This document shows, piece after piece, positions 59,881-64,000 of a stretch of DNA of 64,000 bases (position 1 is the first letter of the stretch; the number at the start of each line of letters is the position of its first letter). Position numbers and translations under genes: made by a program. The notes under the pieces are model-generated. The model had not been told where the DNA came from. It ran no database searches and saw nothing but the letters and a program-made list of their open reading frames with translations. Origin of the DNA: Lama glama (Eukaryota); contig CM052817.1 of the NCBI GenBank assembly GCA_028534125.1, positions 63,118,001 to 63,182,000 on the forward strand. The letters run 5' to 3'.

Positions 59881-62805
59881 ATTTGTAAGATTATTTTGCC
59901 TATAGTGAGTATGTAATACATCTAAAATATAAAATGGCACATATTTAATATTTAACAAATGTTAAACACTAAGACAATTAATAACATGATTTAGTAAATT
60001 GGAAGCACAGAGAAATGAGAAAGCTTTCCCAAGGTCACAAAATGAGTACTGCCCAAGGTGAAAAAAGAATCCTCTTAGTATCACCCTGTTTTTCATTCAC
60101 TTCAAATAAGGTCAGCAACCAAGTGCCCTTATTTCTAGAAACATTTAAGTAGAATGTTTTCTCACTATCATGATGAATCAAAAATCAGGGATAAATGGCA
60201 GCAATGTTACACAGAGATAGATGCTGTACTGGAGGTAAGCCAGTGTTGGAAAAATGACATTCTTTTACTATCATAATTTGAAAAACTAAGCTAAAGAAAA
60301 CATACGTATTTCTAGTATCTAACCATGAACTCTCACTTAATTCATCTCACTTATCTACAAAATAAGAGTATCAGAGTATTAAATCTTTACCAACTTAGTC
60401 GTGTTTTATCCTGTAATTGCAGAAGGAAAACAAATTCTAGAACAATAAGGCAATATTTTGAATTTTATAGGAGACCTGGGACTCAAAATAATTTTGCGAG
60501 GATTGTGAAATACCAATTGAATTAAGTGGAGCTACTGATTCAGTTATCTAGGATGAAAGTAAAATCATTACTGCTAATTTTTATATTTGATGAATTGATG
60601 ATTCCTTTTAGCCTTGAACATGAATACTGTGTTCCAAGAAGTTAGAAATTGGGATATTGTAAGTCAACCATTTTACCTTTTTTTTTTTTTAAGCTAATCA
60701 TGATTTGCTACTTCCACTGTTTACTGTTTTATAAACAGAAAGTGTCTCTCATAAAAGGAGAGCTCTCTGAGACTACCACAGGAGAGGCATTTTGGGTTCT
60801 CTCCTGCAGGAAAACAAGCAGAAAATTTTTTTCTCATTTCTTGGATCCAAAAAATTTACTATTATTTTCTGAGAAGGAAAATTGAAGAAAGTGCACTACA
60901 AGCTTAATACATGTTGGTCTCTAAGAGCATTAAAGTCTTTTCCCCTAAGTTCTTGTAAGATTCTTGTAACATATATACCATATCTTGATTAAATGTAGTT
61001 AATCACTTGACAGTAGGGAAAAAAATGCCCTTGGCATTCCTTTAAATGGGAAAATTATATTTCCATACTTTTTTATATAAATTGCATTTTTAACTTTAAT
61101 TTACTGCTGTATAATTATTATACTTGTATAACATAGAATGGAATTTAGGCCTAAAACACATCACAGTGGCCCTTTAACCAGCACAAGATACCTGTGTAAT
61201 CACATTTCTGCAATTATTAATCTTGGAATTGAAACAGCCCCAGTTGGAAGACTTGGAGCCTTGGAAAGGCTTGACTTAACGTATATGCCAAGGGATAGGT
61301 AAGAGCTTATAATGCCTGGTTTTAAAAGGGAGTGGTGGTTATAATGTAAATACAACAAATGTTTAACATCATTTTGACAGGGGCACCATGGCTGGACATG
61401 ATGGAAAACAGAGAAGCATTTATTTCCATTGTGTGTAGACATCTAAAAGGATAGTCCTACCCTTAAAAAAAAAACTAATCTAAATTTTTCCTGTTTCATG
61501 CTTGATAATGGCAGCACAAATTCATCCTCATTCAGGAATGAGAACAGAGGAATGAAGGAATCATTGAGCATTCAAGACTCATATTTTTAAAGCACATATT
61601 AAGGATGGCTAACTTGGACATCTAAACCCATAAATTTAGTATATCTACAAGATTTCAGGGAACTCCTCACTTCAAACATTATTTTCTCTAATTGCTATTA
61701 ATGTGTTGAAAATAAATTTAAATAAATGTATAATTAAGTTCCGAGTATAATAATCTCAAAAGGCCTACCACCATATCACACGATGAAATAATAATCTTAT
61801 ATATTCTCAATATACAATATGTATTAACTCCAAGCACATTACTTTTTTGTTGCCTTTTTGTTTGCTTAACAAATATCTTATTTAGATGCAGTACCTGTTT
61901 GCAAATTGCACTGATTTATCTAAGCAACTAAAATGATGTAAAACCTTATGATGCATTTAAATTCCATCAAATTGGTCCTTTCTGAGCCTGCATTTTCCAA
62001 TGAACTATTAAGAGTCCTATGCCATGGACCATCCCTTCTGTCACCCTGAAACAACCTATTATTCTTGACAGTACATTTTTGAGCTATATATCAAATCTAA
62101 GACAAGCTGACTTGCCTGAAAATGGCTGTACCAAAGCACAGAGAAGCCAAGGAAATGGTGAATAGAAACACACATATCAGAAGAAGATGCCCAAAGTGTC
62201 TTCCAAAGAGTCTGCCATTGGAAAACTCATTCCTCAAGAAACAGTGGCAGAACTATCAGTGTGAATAGTGTGCGATTTATTTTATACATCGTGTTCTTCT
62301 GATTATGGTGTCATCAGTTTCTAGTATAACTGAAAACATATTTTCTAGACACCTAACAGGAAAAACAAAGTTCTACAGCCAATTCCTCCAGCAAAAAGTT
62401 TGTTATTATTCTTTATCAAAATTCATCCAACCTAAAATGAGATTAACTTTGTGTTATACAAATTAAAAATTTAATTCTTTTCAAAATAATGATTCTATAT
62501 AAGAAAATGATTATTTTCATGATATAAGTTACCAAAATGTCAAATCCTTATGCTCTTTTAATACTTGAATCCTTCACAGACTTATACAATTGAATCCTAA
62601 AAAAATACTAAACACACACATGTTAACTGGTAGGTTGAACAAACATGACTAAAAGAAATATAATCAGTACAACTTTATAAGCTCTCATTGCCCTTTCAAA
62701 ATGTATTCAGAGAAAAATTTTCTTATTGTCAACTCTTTAAAAAGTTATAAAATCACTTTATTCCACAGAAACCCTCCAAATTATTCAGTTAGAAATATCC
62801 AGCAC

Positions 62806-62906
62806 TGAGATGGGGTATAGCTCAGTGGTAGAGCACATGCTTAGTATGCGCAAGATCCTGGGTATAGTCCCTAGTACTGTCACTGAAAAATGAAAAAAGA
62901 AGAAGA
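62806..62906 (+). mobile_element. tRNA-Ala-derived SINE (vic-1-like) with TSD
   Basis: ggggtatagctcagtggtagagcacatgcttagtatgcgcaagatcctgggt is tRNA-Ala(AGC)-like, with an intact A box, a degenerate B box and an A/GAA tail. TSD agaaatatccagcac (62791-62805) / agaaacttccagcac (62907-62921), preceded by TT. Confidence 0.88.
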
Positions 62907-63642
62907 AGAAACTTCCAGCACAGTAGCTTAAATCTTCATGACTCATTGAAAAGTAAAGTTCCTGGCCACTTTTCTCCACAACCCCTAACCACCCGACCCC
63001 TCACCAGCAGCAGCCTCTTTTTTCACAAAGGGGTATGGTTAGCTTTTTCCCTTTATTCTGCTCATAATCCTACCTCAAGCTTTTAGTCTTTCTTGGGTTA
63101 GATTTTGGGAAAAATGGAACATAGAAAATTTGTATTAGCTGGTACTATGATAAGGTAATCTTTATGTTCTTTGAGCTTGACATAGATTGAAAATTGAATC
63201 CTGGTCTCAGAGTTGCTTTCCTGGAAACCTCCAAGAATGGTTACTGGGATCCTCTGGATAGTACCTGAGTGAACCATACAATCTGTCGTATGTCTGTCCT
63301 GTCCCAGCTACCTCCTCATGCCCTTCCCCCTCTGCCCACCATTCCTCTACTCTTAGCTTTCTAGCTGCCTATTCTCACATAGATTCTTGGACAGGATTCA
63401 AGAGGGCTCCATTCCTGCAAGCATTTTTCTGTGGCCCATATTTTTTTTCATGGCCAATTCTTACAGGTCCTCTCTTCTTCTGAAAAAGAGTAGGCCACCA
63501 TTCTGCTGTTCAGATCATTCTGGCCTTCTTACCCTGTGTCTGGCACAACTTCTAAGTTTCCAGTGTGGCCATATTCTCTGGGTGGTCCTTTTGAAGTCCC
63601 TCTAAATGGCTGATGATTAGATTAAGTCCCTTTACTCTTAAG

Positions 63643-63776
63643 AGATAAAATACAAGACTCTCCGCTAAATATTAACTTCAGATAAACAACAAATAATGCA
63701 GCATCTAGGATAAACTTATACAGAAGTTATTATTTACCTGAATTTTGAATTTAACTGGGTATTCTGTATTTTATCT
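63643..63776. mobile_element. MER53-like palindromic hAT MITE (internally deleted)
   Basis: agataaaataca (63643-63654) and tgtattttatct (63765-63776) are perfect inverted arms. Internal ttcagataaacaacaaataat and tttaactgggtattctg match MER53. Confidence 0.85.
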
Positions 63777-64000
63777 GGTTACTTGATCCACCCTTCCCTT
63801 GTGACTGAGTAGGACATAACAGCACCTCTCTCCAACAAATCCTTTCCATGTTTCACTCCAACTTCCCTCTTCATCTGGGCTATACCACTAACAGGTAGAG
63901 GCAGAGAACTTAGTTCTTGAGTATTTCTCATGACTAGTACATTTTGGTATATCCAATTCATTAAATATCAAAAATCTATCTTACTTCAGCATCTCAGTTG

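Noticed and set aside
62812..62882. Functional tRNA gene
   Set aside because: The B box/T-loop is degenerate (ggtatagtcc), the anticodon is changed, and the A-rich tail and TSD indicate retroposition.
1..64000. CRISPR array, operon, defence system, CpG-island promoter or intact endogenous viral gene
   Set aside because: The sequence is eukaryotic and repeat-rich. I saw no regularly spaced repeats, long non-L1 ORFs, CpG-rich segment or gag/pol/env remnants.

Overview
This is an AT-rich, CpG-depleted mammalian non-coding window (intergenic or deep intronic). I found no CpG island and no host protein-coding exon I can recognise; almost all ORF-track entries are chance ORFs or lie in repeats. 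The window is dominated by transposable-element fossils: MIR, L2 and L3/CR1 fragments, hAT MITEs (MER5A-, MER20-, MER53-, MER63-, MER91- and MER94-like), ERVL/MaLR solo LTRs (MLT1, MLT2, LTR16-like) and L1s of several ages. The L1s include a nested ~5 kb old L1 at ~39.1-44.35 kb and a 4.4 kb ORF1-ORF2 L1 at ~55.3-59.8 kb. A tRNA-Ala-derived SINE with TSDs resembles camelid vic-1 and suggests a camelid genome (inference). The 500-N gap at 5439-5938 is flanked by an exact 120-bp duplication and is probably an unmerged contig overlap. The best second-look items are: a candidate + strand 117-nt frame-preserving exon behind a (TG)25 tract (13046-13162), a candidate exon with tandem donors (28282-28433), a ~200-bp transduction/retrocopy-like insertion inside an L2 (19255-19474), and several templated-insertion repair scars. 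I do not see convincing evidence for a novel biological system. Repeat family names come from remembered consensus sequences and need RepeatMasker/Dfam confirmation, and the boundaries of old repeats are approximate.
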